A DNA stretch of 64,000 nt from Zancudomyces culisetae HAW-14-8 (lineage: Eukaryota > Fungi > Kickxellomycota), in the NCBI GenBank assembly GCA_052426225.1, contig JBNJNM010000015.1, positions 1,798,001 to 1,862,000 on the forward strand, in the 5' to 3' direction. Positions 23,889-36,128 of this stretch are shown here, one piece after another; the first letter of the stretch is position 1; the number at the start of each line of letters is the position of its first letter. A program made the position numbers and the translations under genes. A model generated the notes under the pieces. That model ran no database searches. It was not told the origin of the DNA and saw only the letters and a list, made by a program, of their open reading frames with translations.

Positions 23889-26076
23889 ATGGAGGAAAAT
23901 GATATATTTACAAAGGTAACTACGGGGTACCACAAATAAATGATTTAGTAAAAAAAAGACTATATTTCATATTTCCTTTATATACTTTGGTGTAGATAAA
24001 AATGAAGGTACTACATAAAAAGTTGGAAAATTAAATAGGGCGAGATAGAGGTGTTGATAGCAATGGCCATTGGGCTCTTTTTTACATTTGTGATAATTGT
24101 AATATTCGGAAAAAATGCGCTTTTCAGGTACACATTTACAAAATAACACTTTACTACACTGTATCTCGAGTCATATTGCTTAAAAGTCGGTATGAACAAT
24201 GGTTTACTTTCTAACACAAACAATAGAGGAACCCCTTTGGAAAGTTTGCACGACTATATCAATGGTTATCGACCAAGCTACTTGTAAGTTCGATTTAGAT
24301 TAGCCCAACACCAACATTTAATACGCATGCAGTGGTTATCTGACTTTATTAAGCAAATAAATTTTAGAATAAACGACCTCAAGAGTTTATTTGACGAAAA
24401 ACAGTTTCTGGTTGTTGTGGAAAAGTATAAAATGAGTCCAAACTATGCGGTAACTCTTGCAACATGTTTTTTACTACTCAATATGATAATATCGCTTGGA
24501 CGAGTTGTTTTATTATTGACGATCCACTAAACTTTTTTCATCAATTAATGCGATTCATACATAGAGGGGATTTGCTGCAGGATATGGAATATTTTGCTTA
24601 TACTATTTTTATGGGCCATGGAACCGGGTCTCAGAGTCCAGTGAATATATCGTTTTGGCTTACAAGTAAGTACATCAAAATCTCCAAGCGTAGAGATCAC
24701 ACCATCAGTTATAGCGCTGTATCTATATATAATGTTGAAATAGCTGAATAATATATATTTGTTGTTGTTATGTAGGACTGTGCTTGAGTATATTGGACTA
24801 CGAGATTTTCTTGGGTATGTAACTATATTTATTGTGTAAATATTCATCTAAACCGTTGTGCAAAATTTTTTTTAGATTGATAGGAAAAGAAAAGTTGGTT
24901 GGGGCACTTGTAAAGTAAGTAAATAATGGGCTTTTACTATGAATTTTAGCTTTTGGATTAATGCTAAGTATATGTGATCATATTAGATATGGGTCAATTG
25001 TTTTGATAGCGGTAAACATCATTACTTTTGCAATGTCTGCAAAGATGGATCCAGGATATGTGACTAAAGAAAACGTTCAGGAAAAGTGCAGTATGTTTAC
25101 TTATGACGGAATTTACTATCACAAAAACATTTGCAAAAGTTGTAAATTACTAAGGTAAGTAATCATATGAGTATATTTTGTAGTTAATGGAGTTTTCGAG
25201 AGTTGCGTAAACGCGTAACCTGCTGTTAACAGTAGCTAGCGACCCAGATCTGCAGTCATTATGTGATTATTATTTTTTGATTATCGTCATGTTTATCATC
25301 AACTAGGCCGCCCCGATCCAAACACTGCAATTCCTGTAAAAGGTGTGTATCATTGTATGATCACCACTGTATTTTGACAAATTCGTGTGTTTCATACAAA
25401 AATTACAAAATATTTATTGCTTTTTTGGGTTCCTTTCTTACCCTATGTACTCTTGGAACTATGGTACTGTCGTGTTTGCTTTACAATGACTACAAGAACC
25501 GCGGAGTTTACCTAAAAAAAGTGTATGACAAGAGCTCGGGTACATACAGGCATCTATCTCATATGGAGCTTTACTTTGTAAGTAAATTTTGATTCTTTTT
25601 TTCAGGTGGCGGCTATCAATACTTAGTATTTTAGTAAATGTTATTGGACATCTAAATGGTAGGCATTGCTAAGGATTGATAAATTCATCTGTGTAACAAT
25701 TCAGCTGCTTTTGTTTGCTATTCCGTCAGTTTTCTTTTATATCGCATATCAGATATACCTGGTGGGCATTTGTATGACTGCAAACGAAGTATACAAGCAT
25801 CGGGTTCTGGACCGTCTACTTAAACAGAATCGGTTATGGATAAGTAAAAGGTTGTTGTCGAATCCGTTTCTTGAGGACAATAAAGATTTTCCTTTTTTTC
25901 TTGACCAAAATGATGGCGAAAAGGATGAAAATCACTATTATGGAGAGAATAAAAATGTTCTGAAAGCAACTGCTGGGCAAAGTGTGGATACCAGTTTGTG
26001 GGTAAAAGCTGAAAAAGGTTATATCCGGTATATTTACGGGGGTAGCTACTACGACTGCCTCAAACTTTTGCTATAG
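23889..26076 (+). CDS. DHHC palmitoyltransferase, Swf1-like, multi-exon. Start and internal exon boundaries are approximate
   Basis: DPGYVT...YDGIYY...CKSCKLLR / PPRSKHCNSCKRCVSLYDHHC across a GT-AG intron (~25155-25306). Downstream MTANE motif (TTxE-like). Upstream TM exon ...VIFGKNALFR/GTPL resembles the Swf1 N-terminus. Confidence 0.8.
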
Positions 26077-27938
26077 CCCAGAGCATATTACTCAAACTAA
26101 TGTTTACCTGCTAGTTACATTTAACAACTAGAAAAAAATATCTCGGAATAGGAACTGGTAAATAGAAATATTTTTGTATTCACATGGTTCTGATAGAAAT
26201 GTGAAGGCAAAAAGGGGTGTTTTTTTTTGATAATGTTAATGGTGGTGAGAGCTGTTAAAATATATTATATCGAACTTTATTATTCTAGATTTTCAGTTGT
26301 TAAGGGCAATACATTTGATTGTATGTTAAAAATACAAAAAGATACCATTTGAAAACGCCATGTAAATATATTCGTACTTGCCTGCCCTGCTTTTATCGCC
26401 CCTTCCACGTTCATTTCCTAAACGCGATGAACTACAAAACCTGATAATAGAAGACTTTCTCTAAGTATTCGTCACAAGTCAAACTGATCCTGTCTAGTTA
26501 TTTAACTACTCTACCGCAGCTACAAGTGGTGTACGCAATAATAAGTGTCCACTTCGCTTTGCAAGTTTCCATATATTACAAGTTTATTATAGATACATCA
26601 TTTATGTTATAGCTAGAAATACTCTGGAAAGAGAATGTTGAATTGGGAATTAAGGTAATGACTTAACGATACCATAACCAGGAAAGTCATGCTGAAGTTG
26701 GAAACATTGTATGTTGACTTGGATAAGACTTTGATAAAGGTCTAATGTTGATAATTCTTGCAACCAATCTCAGTTCTTGCAAGTCGACTCTCGTGACGAT
26801 GGTGCTTCGTTTAATCAACATGTATTTACTCTTTTTGATGGGAGCTGACACCAGATGACAAGTCACTCTGAGCTTCTAATACACCATTAGATCTGTAGTA
26901 GCCGTTTCTGTTCATAAATGTAATAAAGGAGTAAGTAGTGATTGAGACGCTAGCAGTGAACTAGTACTGTGCTAGTTGGTGGTTATAGTTATGGCCCCTT
27001 TTGTAAAATAAACAATAAGTGAATATTGTATCATTGAAAAGTGATAACAGAGTATCAGGTTGATATATCTACATTTCAACACAATATTACTATCCTCAAG
27101 TGGTTAAAATTATTTTCCAATATACACGCCATAGTGCATCTAAAATAACAACTACATTTATAAATATATCATTTGATAATGTTATACAAGACTGATTTAC
27201 TTTCGGTATAGCTAAAGGTACAAGCTTCAACTGAATTTGCATTTCTCAACAAAAATAAACCTATCTAGGAATTTTTCATTGAGTTAATGTTAAACATAGA
27301 CATTTGAGACTGTAATAGACTAGTATTGGCATATATACATAAGAATTCAGCATTAGGTTACATGTTTTTTCCAACATCAAATGGAAATTGTCTTTTTTAA
27401 AAATTATCTCTATTATTGCGAATTGTATATGGATTTAAATCAATCAATATAGCTTTTTATTGGCGATAGTTGATGCGAATATTAATGTTACTAGGTTAAT
27501 CTAGCTTTTCCTACCAGTTTTGTTTACATACTAGTCAACACAATTGTTCAATTAATTAGCAATAAATCTGTGATCATGAAAATCACATATACGAAATTAT
27601 TAGTAGAAATCAAATATAGTACTGCTAACTCTGTCAAAATGAAGCTACTTTCATCGTATTTATTCAATATTCTGTCAAATAAAAAACTGGTAACTTTGGT
27701 AGGGATTCCTTTTTTTGCAAAGCGAACTGTGGACAAGCGATCATACTTGCTTTGGGTTTAGTCAACTTAATATAATCTACATTTTACTGTGTCAAAATGG
27801 GAATATATGCTACAGGTGTGCTGTGTGGAGTTAGTTTTGTTGAAGACAATCTTTGTGTGCTAATACTATCCAATGTCCCTGAAGCGCCTAGATTAAGTGG
27901 TGTCAATTTTTTCATGATTAATCCAAAGTATATCAATA

Positions 27939-30158
27939 TTAAATTATAAGAAAATTAGTAATATGTATAAAAATATGTAGATACATACCTTCTCTTACGA
28001 AAAACCGCTTTCTTGTGGTCGTAATTTCAATATTATGATCTAATACAGTGCTAAAGTTAACGAATTTCAGTCTTGTTGGAGCAACAGTCGAAGTAATGGT
28101 AACTGTAGAGGTAGATGTAATAGTAGTGGTATTGGTTCTCGTTGTTGTAAATGTACTTGTACTAGTAACAGTGCTGGTTTGTGTTGGAGCAGTGGTGGTA
28201 ACAGTGCTTGTGCTGGTAACTGTACTAACACTGGTTACAGTGTTGGTTTGTGTTGAAGCGGTGGTCACTGTACTAACACTGGTAATAGTACTGGTTTGTG
28301 TTGAAGCAGTGGTAACAGTGCTTGTGCTGGTTACAGTGCTGGTTTGTATTGAAGCGGTGGTAACAGTGCTCACACTGGTAACTGTACTAACACTGGTTAC
28401 GGTACTGGTTTGTGTTGAAGCGGTGGTAACTGTGCTTGTGCTGGTTACAGTACTGGTTTGTGTTGAAGCAGTGGTAACTGTACTAACACTGGTAACTGTG
28501 CTGGTTTGTGTTGGAGCAGTGCTGGTAACTGTGCTCACACTGGTTACAGTGCTGGTTTGTATTGAAGCGGTGGTAACAGTGCTCACACTGGTAACTGTAC
28601 TAACACTGGTAACTGTACTGGTTTGTGTTGGAGCAGTGCTGGTAACTGTGCTTGTGCTGGTTACAGTACTGGTTTGTGTTGAAGCGGTGGTAACAGTGCT
28701 AACACTGGTAACTGTGCTGGTTTGTGTTGAAGCAGTGGTAACTGTACTAACACTGGTAACAGTACTGGTTTGCGTTGAAGCAGTGGTAACTGTGCTTGTG
28801 CTGGTTACAGTGCTGGTTTGTATTGAAGCGGTGGTAACAGTGCTTGTGCTGGTAACTGTACTAACACTGGTAACTGTACTGGTTTGTGTTGGAGCAGTGC
28901 TGGTAACTGTGCTCACACTGGTTACAGTGCTGGTTTGTATTGAAGCAGTGGTAACAGTGCTTGTGCTGGTTACAGTGCTGGTTTGTATTGAAGCGGTGGT
29001 AACAGTGCTTGTGCTGGTAACTGTACTAACACTGGTTACGGTACTGGTTTGTGTTGAAGCGGTGGTCACTGTACTAACACTGGTTACGGTACTGGTTTGT
29101 GTTACTGTATTGGTCTGTGTTGAGGTGATAGTGGTTATACTTGAACTTGTACCGGTTCTAGTCTCAGTTTCAGTCGTTGTAACAGTTCCAGATCTGGATC
29201 CAGTTTCTGTTATAGTTTTAGTCTCAGTCTCAGTCACTGTAGCAGTAGCAGAACCAGAGCCAGATATAGTTTCTGTTATAGTTTTAGTCTCAATTTTAGT
29301 ATCTGTCCTTGTGGATATTACAGTAGAATTTTGTATGCTAGTTACAATTATTGTAGAAATAATGGTTTTAGTTTCATATGTTTTGTACGAGGTACCATTG
29401 CTCATATGTTCAGTGTTTGTATTGTACAATGATTTCAATCTATAAGAACTTGTTCTCTTATAAAGCCTATCCATTATTCTATTTAATATATTACTCTCAG
29501 TATTTTCTCTTTTGTTGTTTGAGCTATCAATTGTTTTCATTCTGTGAGCTGAGTTTTTTATTTTGGGTTTACATGAGCCATAACCGCATCTCTTACCAGT
29601 TAGTGTACATATACACACTGAACAATCCTCAGTAGGATAAAAATTACCATTTCCAAACGTATTTACGCACTTTCTGTGTACACTTATGTTTTCTGTTGTC
29701 AACTTTAATTTCAATGTATCAATATCTAGCAGACTGTTTTCTTCTTGATTGATAATATCCATTAATTCAAAAGGATCATCAACGCTTTGTGTAGTGCATT
29801 TTAAACCATCAAGGGTGCATAAACAATGTGATGATCCATCCGCTGCCGCGGACACGTCATATCCATTCTTAGAAACACAACTATTGTAGGTTTCCCATTT
29901 TTTTGCCTCATTGTATCTGAGTGCGGAATCATCAGCTATATCCGACAGAGCACATAGTGCAAACCTGTTGCATTCAAATCTCTCATCTTTGCATTTGCAT
30001 ATCGAACATCCTCTATCCAAATAGAACAATCTATTTCCGTATACTTCTGTGCAATTTGCCATGGACCGTGTATCTCCGTTAGACATAAGGTTTGAGTTGG
30101 CTCCAAAGAGGGATGTGAGTATACATATTATTGTGAATAACGCTTTTAATGAGATCAT
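27939..30158 (-). CDS. Secreted mucin/adhesin-like protein: signal peptide, three Cys-rich modules, long Thr/Ser/Val tandem repeats. The true C-terminus is probably on a further exon below 27890
   Basis: Hydrophobic N-terminus. Three modules of the form C..G..(C)xxCxC..CxxxxC. About 1 kb of TSTVTSVSTVTTAS repeats. A GTATGT donor near 27988 precedes the ORF stop. Confidence 0.8.
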   Translation of the reverse strand: MISLKALFTIICILTSLFGANSNLMSNGDTRSMANCTEVYGNRLFYLDRGCSICKCKDERFECNRFALCALSDIADDSALRYNEAKKWETYNSCVSKNGYDVSAAADGSSHCLCTLDGLKCTTQSVDDPFELMDIINQEENSLLDIDTLKLKLTTENISVHRKCVNTFGNGNFYPTEDCSVCICTLTGKRCGYGSCKPKIKNSAHRMKTIDSSNNKRENTESNILNRIMDRLYKRTSSYRLKSLYNTNTEHMSNGTSYKTYETKTIISTIIVTSIQNSTVISTRTDTKIETKTITETISGSGSATATVTETETKTITETGSRSGTVTTTETETRTGTSSSITTITSTQTNTVTQTSTVTSVSTVTTASTQTSTVTSVSTVTSTSTVTTASIQTSTVTSTSTVTTASIQTSTVTSVSTVTSTAPTQTSTVTSVSTVTSTSTVTTASIQTSTVTSTSTVTTASTQTSTVTSVSTVTTASTQTSTVTSVSTVTTASTQTSTVTSTSTVTSTAPTQTSTVTSVSTVTSVSTVTTASIQTSTVTSVSTVTSTAPTQTSTVTSVSTVTTASTQTSTVTSTSTVTTASTQTSTVTSVSTVTSVSTVTTASIQTSTVTSTSTVTTASTQTSTITSVSTVTTASTQTNTVTSVSTVTSTSTVTTTAPTQTSTVTSTSTFTTTRTNTTTITSTSTVTITSTVAPTRLKFVNFSTVLDHNIEITTTRKRFFVREGMYLHIFIHITNFLII
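28140..29130. repeat. Coding minisatellite (mixed 18-24 bp modules) encoding Thr-rich repeats
   Basis: Recurring ctggtaactgtactaaca / ctggtttgtgttgaagcggtggtaacagtg units. Confidence 0.9.
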
Positions 30159-33100
30159 TTTGTATTGAGTAGAAGAATTATTATAGGAAATCTTTTACAT
30201 TACTGCAATAAGCATCATTAGAGTGGTGAGAAAGCTAAGTATAAATAAACTTTACATGAGCTATTTCATTTAATGTAACACTGTTATAATAGGTACACCA
30301 AATTCTTGTACATATTAGATCTGTTAAAATCTAAACAAAATAATAATATTATTTAGACTATTAACCAAGAATGGCATTAAAGTATTCTGTAGCAAAAGCA
30401 TTATTTATTCATATGACAGAAAAATATTAAGTGAGGCTATAATAATGAGTAAAAAATAGACTCGGAATCATTAACTTTAACAGCCACTGTAAAGATTTCA
30501 GCAGCGGAATAGCAACTTGATTATGGTTGATTATTACCGACAGAAAGAACAGTAATATTCTCTTAGACTAATATAATATACAGAAGGGTACGTGATTATA
30601 TATTATAAAAAATTAAGCACGCACACAAATTAAAAAGAACAAAGTATCTTTAAATTCAAGAATGCGGAAGAGTAATTAATTGTCTGTTGATAAATAAAAT
30701 TGAAAATATTGTTCTCAAACCGATTTCGGTTATCATTTAGAATAGTTACCATTGCAAAAATATTTGTGGCGATTTGGATTACGGAAAAATAATGGATGTA
30801 AAAAATAGTTAAAGCTATAGTCAGTAAACGCTGCACAAAGGAAAAGTAGTAACTTTGTACACTATTTTAAGTAAAAGGTACAAATATGCCCAAATGTCAA
30901 TTAAATTATTGCCTGTGGCATTTTAAACAAATGTTATTCATTTTTGTTAGCTTTTCTGAAAATAAAACCTATTGTTTCAATATAAATAGTTAACCTGGGA
31001 AACCGAGGCACAAGATGTGGTTATAAGTAATGTTTAAGTATACACTTAATTCAGTGAAAGTGTATTAGTGGTACACAAAAACATGTGACTTTGATTAAAA
31101 AATAAAAATATACTAACGCCCATACCCCTCTTTAGATAGTTTTTTTGTATTGTAAACTTTGATTTTTATTTTTGTATAGGATCTCTGTTCGATAAAGGAG
31201 GCGTTTTCAAGGTATTTTACAAAATGTAAAGAAGTAGCCACTATAGTGTGAAGAAATACGGGTTAAAAAGTTGGAATAGGTCGATAAAAAATAATGTGTA
31301 GTGGATGAAAATGTACATAATGGTACAGACCAATGTGTGATTTTGGCTAAACACTGGATTTTCTGTCATATATTCTAGGCTAGTATAGCTTCTGTGCATA
31401 CATTATACTGTACCACTTTGGGGGGTTTAAAATTTTAAAATGTACTGTTGTTATACCCAATAATCGATTTTCCGGCTGGAAAAAGGTTAAAACAACAGAA
31501 TTAGTTCAATGGTTTTTAAGTAAAAATTCTAATTGTATGAGCGATTCGTGAAAGCAGAAATCGATTATTAGTATTAAAAAAGATACAGCGATCAGGTTTG
31601 GGAAAATAGTGAAGAATATGTTCTAGATATTGAATTTTTCATAATCAAAGGGATGTGTATAATGGTTTGATGCTGTGATACAATTAAAAGTGAAAAGTGG
31701 ACAAAAAAAAATTGTATAGCAAAAAAGATAGGATAATAAATAATAGGAACAGCTAACGGGAACGTTATCTTTACCTTTGTGAATTAAAAATTTGACATGG
31801 AAATCCCATATAACACTATATTGATTATACAAAGGCAAAAAAAAAGAAATAGTATCTCTTTCCCTAACCTCACAAACAGAAATATTATATTCAATTTAAA
31901 ATTTTCAATTAGTAATAAAGTTACGAGATTCAATTGCAGCTATTAAAATAAAGTCATAGAAATTAATGATTTAGTTGGAAGTTCTAAAAAGGAAATTATC
32001 TTTACCCATTTGATGCAAAAAAATAAGAGTAGTTGTATTATTGGGTTGTGAGTTGTGAGTTGCTGTACCATTAAAATAAGCACTAGATTTTTATATAATC
32101 TTACAAGAGTTTATTTATTAGCTAGATGTATTAATCTCGATTCTACCTACTATGTATGTCCTAGATGACGTTCTTGCAATAAGCTGTGAATCTCTGATAT
32201 ACTTTTAGTGTAATGCGTCAAGATATATTTTATCTCAATATGATCCAGTTTTTTCTGGAACTACAATCTCTTCATAGGTTTATTTAGGGTAATAAAGAAG
32301 CTAAAATAATCGCTCCATATTTACATATCTAAAGCTATTGCGATGTCCTAATTTAATCACCTTAGTCTATAGTTTTACAGAGTAAGCCGAACCTATGTTC
32401 AGTAGCTTCTATCTTTCTCTATTTCTTGCATTTATTTTAAATTTGGTAAAAATTTAAAAGTAACCACTCAAAAGGGATATGTAGTATTTAATCAATTATT
32501 ATCAAAAAATATACCGAAAAACTTTATTTCACCTTTTGTTAGACACTGTTGAAAAATAAAGCAAATGCTGACCTGATTGTAAAAAGTAATGAAATTATTG
32601 TTTAACCCAAAGCGCAATTAGGGGAAACATAATCTCATAATTAAATCAATATTAAATAGTAGCTTCATTGTTGAAAATATCAATCATAGATTTTTAATAC
32701 CGAACATGTTAAACTTGACATTAAAGTTTTGAAGTAATTATAATTACTGATACATTTTTGATCATGTAAGGCGTGGTTAGAATTATCCATCTTGTGAAAA
32801 TGGCTACTTGGAGTGCTGGAGCTCTAGTTAAAAAAAACCTAAGCCTTATGATAAACAGATATTGTAGAATATCAAAAATCTTTGCAAAAATTCAAACAAT
32901 TGCACCAGTAAAGTCTATATATTGAATATACTATTGTCATCGTATAGTACTAATACTCGAAAAAATTTTTTTGCGCTAGCTGCTTCAATTCTATGTTTTA
33001 ATAAGCAATAATAAAATAATTCACTACTATCCTCATCGCCTTTGCTTATAATTTTAACTATAAGCACTTTTTGAAGTACACAAATTCCATTTTGGCAGTA

Positions 33101-34582
33101 AATTATGAGTCTGACATTTTACATATTTTTTTGCTATTAAACAAATAAAAAGAGTATTTGTTTTGAGTAGATGGATGACTCTTACACAAAACATAGGTAA
33201 CAATCGAGTATTTTTATGTCAAAGAGTTTACTTGTTAATGTGATTAATGGTTAATATGTGAAAATTTTATGTCTAAATTTACGAATAATAACCAATGTAG
33301 TCGCATCTACTTCAAAATTAAAAATATAAAAATATAAAGGGTCAAGAAACTGTAAAAGTATAGCCTAATATATATATATGTAATCAAAATCACTTTCTGA
33401 CCTCTAAATGCGACAAAGCATTTACCTATAGAATTAGCCTAGATGCAGAATACAAGGACACTGTTGCTGTTATTCATACCTTTGATTGTGGCTAATGCAA
33501 TCCGATTTGTCTAGTAGTGCTTGTTTGCTTTGGCATAGTACGCATCTCGAAAGTTTTAAAGCGGCTTTCACAAAGTGTCTCGAGTTTCAGCCTATTTTTT
33601 CAGTTACTAGGTTGCAGCTCATTAAAATTGAATTACTGACACCGTTATTACTCAATCTTTGATCACATCGATTCTGTGCATTCTGTATGCTCTAAGTAAC
33701 ATTTGAAGTAATTACTGGTATCCTGAGAGTTTCTGCCTTGATCATTTTTTGATTTTTGACTTTTCCTTATTTCTATTCTAGCTTGGATTTTTAGGTATAA
33801 AGAGAATGTTTTGTAGGTTCATATTTATATCAATAAATAGTGGTAATTTATGTTCTTATAACAAAAAGAATATGGCTGTTTTACAAAACATGGTATTAAT
33901 AATATTCATTACCTATCATTGGCACTAAGACCTTGTATCATATTGTCAATTTTGAGATAGCAACATACCTGTTACTTTCTACATGCAATCTTTTTTTGCG
34001 ATTCAAGGTAAGTAGCATTTTTTAGCATTTTATATTTTATTCATTCATATATTGAAGTGATAGAGAAATGATTATTGTAGATAAAACTAGTAAGAAGCTT
34101 TAATTGAAACAGTACTACGCTAATAAATTCTCCAATATTGATCTCCATTAAATGCTAACTAACTACATGTCATACGTGATTCGTGACCATTTTTTTTAAA
34201 AAAGATTGTTCTCAAAACCTACCAGGTTAGTATATCATAAAGTGATATAAATATATTAGAGTTGATAATGTAATTATATGATATTCGTATAGCGACTTAC
34301 ATACTTAGTTATGCATCATATGCACTACTACCTTTTTTAACTAGTAATATCTCAGCATTCGCCAAAAGACGCATGACTGTTTTAAAATGCAGTAGATAAT
34401 ACTTTTTATTGACTAAATTAACAAAATAGCTTTTAACTTTACTTTTACAACACTCGTCTCTACACATTATACTTTGATTTATACTCTAAACTTGTTCAAA
34501 ACAAAAAAGTATATAAATCCAGCTGGTTTCGACAATATTTTAAAAATTAAGAAGAATAACAATTGAATTATTAACTAACAAA

Positions 34583-34990
34583 ATGAAAACTATTATAATC
34601 GGAACTGCAGCTTTGGGACTAACCTTTGCAAACAGCATGGGTGACTTGTCTTTACACCAACACAACAGAAACTCAATCAGACAAAATAGACTTTATTCTA
34701 GCCAAAAACACAGCGCTAGGATGAAGGTTGAAGTGTTTCAAAAGCAATATCTTCGCAATTCAGCCAAAACAATAAATATAAGACCAAACAGATGTGTCTC
34801 ATTACCAAGTGCCCAATCACTCCAGCTTGATAGCGGACAACCAGGACGCGGGTGGGTTGTACTGTGCCACAGTAATGACTGCAGTGGAAAGTGTGTAACT
34901 GAACGTAGAAAAACCTGGCTTTACCCACAAAACATGAATGCTGACAAGGTTGGAGGCCCCGCCAACTCTATGATTTGGTTCCTAGCATAG
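34583..34990 (+). CDS. Small secreted Cys-containing protein (135 aa), function unknown
   Basis: Signal-peptide-like MKTIIIGTAALGLTFA, four Cys, AAAATG start context, and TATATAAA about 70 bp upstream (~34510). Confidence 0.65.
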   Translation: MKTIIIGTAALGLTFANSMGDLSLHQHNRNSIRQNRLYSSQKHSARMKVEVFQKQYLRNSAKTINIRPNRCVSLPSAQSLQLDSGQPGRGWVVLCHSNDCSGKCVTERRKTWLYPQNMNADKVGGPANSMIWFLA

Positions 34991-36128
34991 TCCGAGTCTG
35001 AATTCGTTCATTTTTAATGTATGGATATTTGATGTAGAGATAGAAAATATTTTAAATATTAGAACCGGAGTCCATGAAATAAATATGTGTAGTGAAGTTC
35101 GTCAACATTAAATAGTAATGTTTCTAGCAGATTTGAAAAGTGGTTTTGCTAGGAATAAATTTCAAATCGGTACAACCTAGATATTATTGTAACATCCAGT
35201 AGATTTTACAGTTCGAAAGGATGTATATTTAGCAAAGGTGTAAAGGTTCCCGTGTGTCATCATTTATCATACGGAATAATAAAAATAGCTTAATAAATAT
35301 GTTCAGCATTTATCTTATCAAGCTTATATAATAGTTTTCAGTGTTAATTAAAGAGGTAAAGATGTGTCATATAATTATCTATTCAAAGTAAATATCCGTA
35401 ATATGGTCATTTTGGGTTGAGAAAACACTCTCAACAGTGCAAGAATTACTTGTCTTTTTAAACCAACTAGATAAGTTCATTTCCATGTTGTGTTAATAAT
35501 AGATTTTAATATACTCAGCCATTTTATAATCATCCCCAAACAATGATACAGTTTGATATTTGATTTTTTCGGATTTTTTTCAGTATCTTGTTGGTGTTCC
35601 TCAATATTGTTTGCCATTTTACTAATTCTTGACGGTGATAGTATGGAATATTACAGATGGTTTATTATTTAAATCAGAAGATCTGGTCCGGATAATAATG
35701 CTTGAAGTGACTGTAATCAATCCAGAACATTTTGGGATTTTATATATAAAATTACTTATAAAATCTAACAATTGGCTTAAAAATATATGGTGTTATTAAA
35801 TGCTTTGATAAAATTTCATTAACGAATTGGATAATTATAATTAATAAGCTCGTTGATAAAAAATATTAGAGGAAATTGGGTTTCTACATAATTTTACATG
35901 TTGTTTATAAAATTACATAATCAACTCTTTCAATTTATAAAAAAGGAATATTTGAACTCAAAATATGAAGTCTGATTAATAGATATCGACTTGTTTCGGA
36001 AAAAGTTTGAAATTCAAACTCCCGGATCTTGAATGTGTTTATAAATATAAACTGGAAGTCGGGTATGTATGTTGTTTGTATAACACAAATTCCTTTAGGT
36101 CACTGTAATATTTAATTGTATTATTATA

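Noticed and set aside
28140-29130. Regularly spaced repeats suggesting a CRISPR array
   Set aside because: No unique spacers, the repeats are in-frame coding, the context is eukaryotic, and no cas genes are present.
28048-29445. 465-aa Val/Leu/Thr-rich ORF on the + strand
   Set aside because: Antisense shadow of the Thr-rich repeat gene. The repeat codons simply lack stops on the opposite strand.
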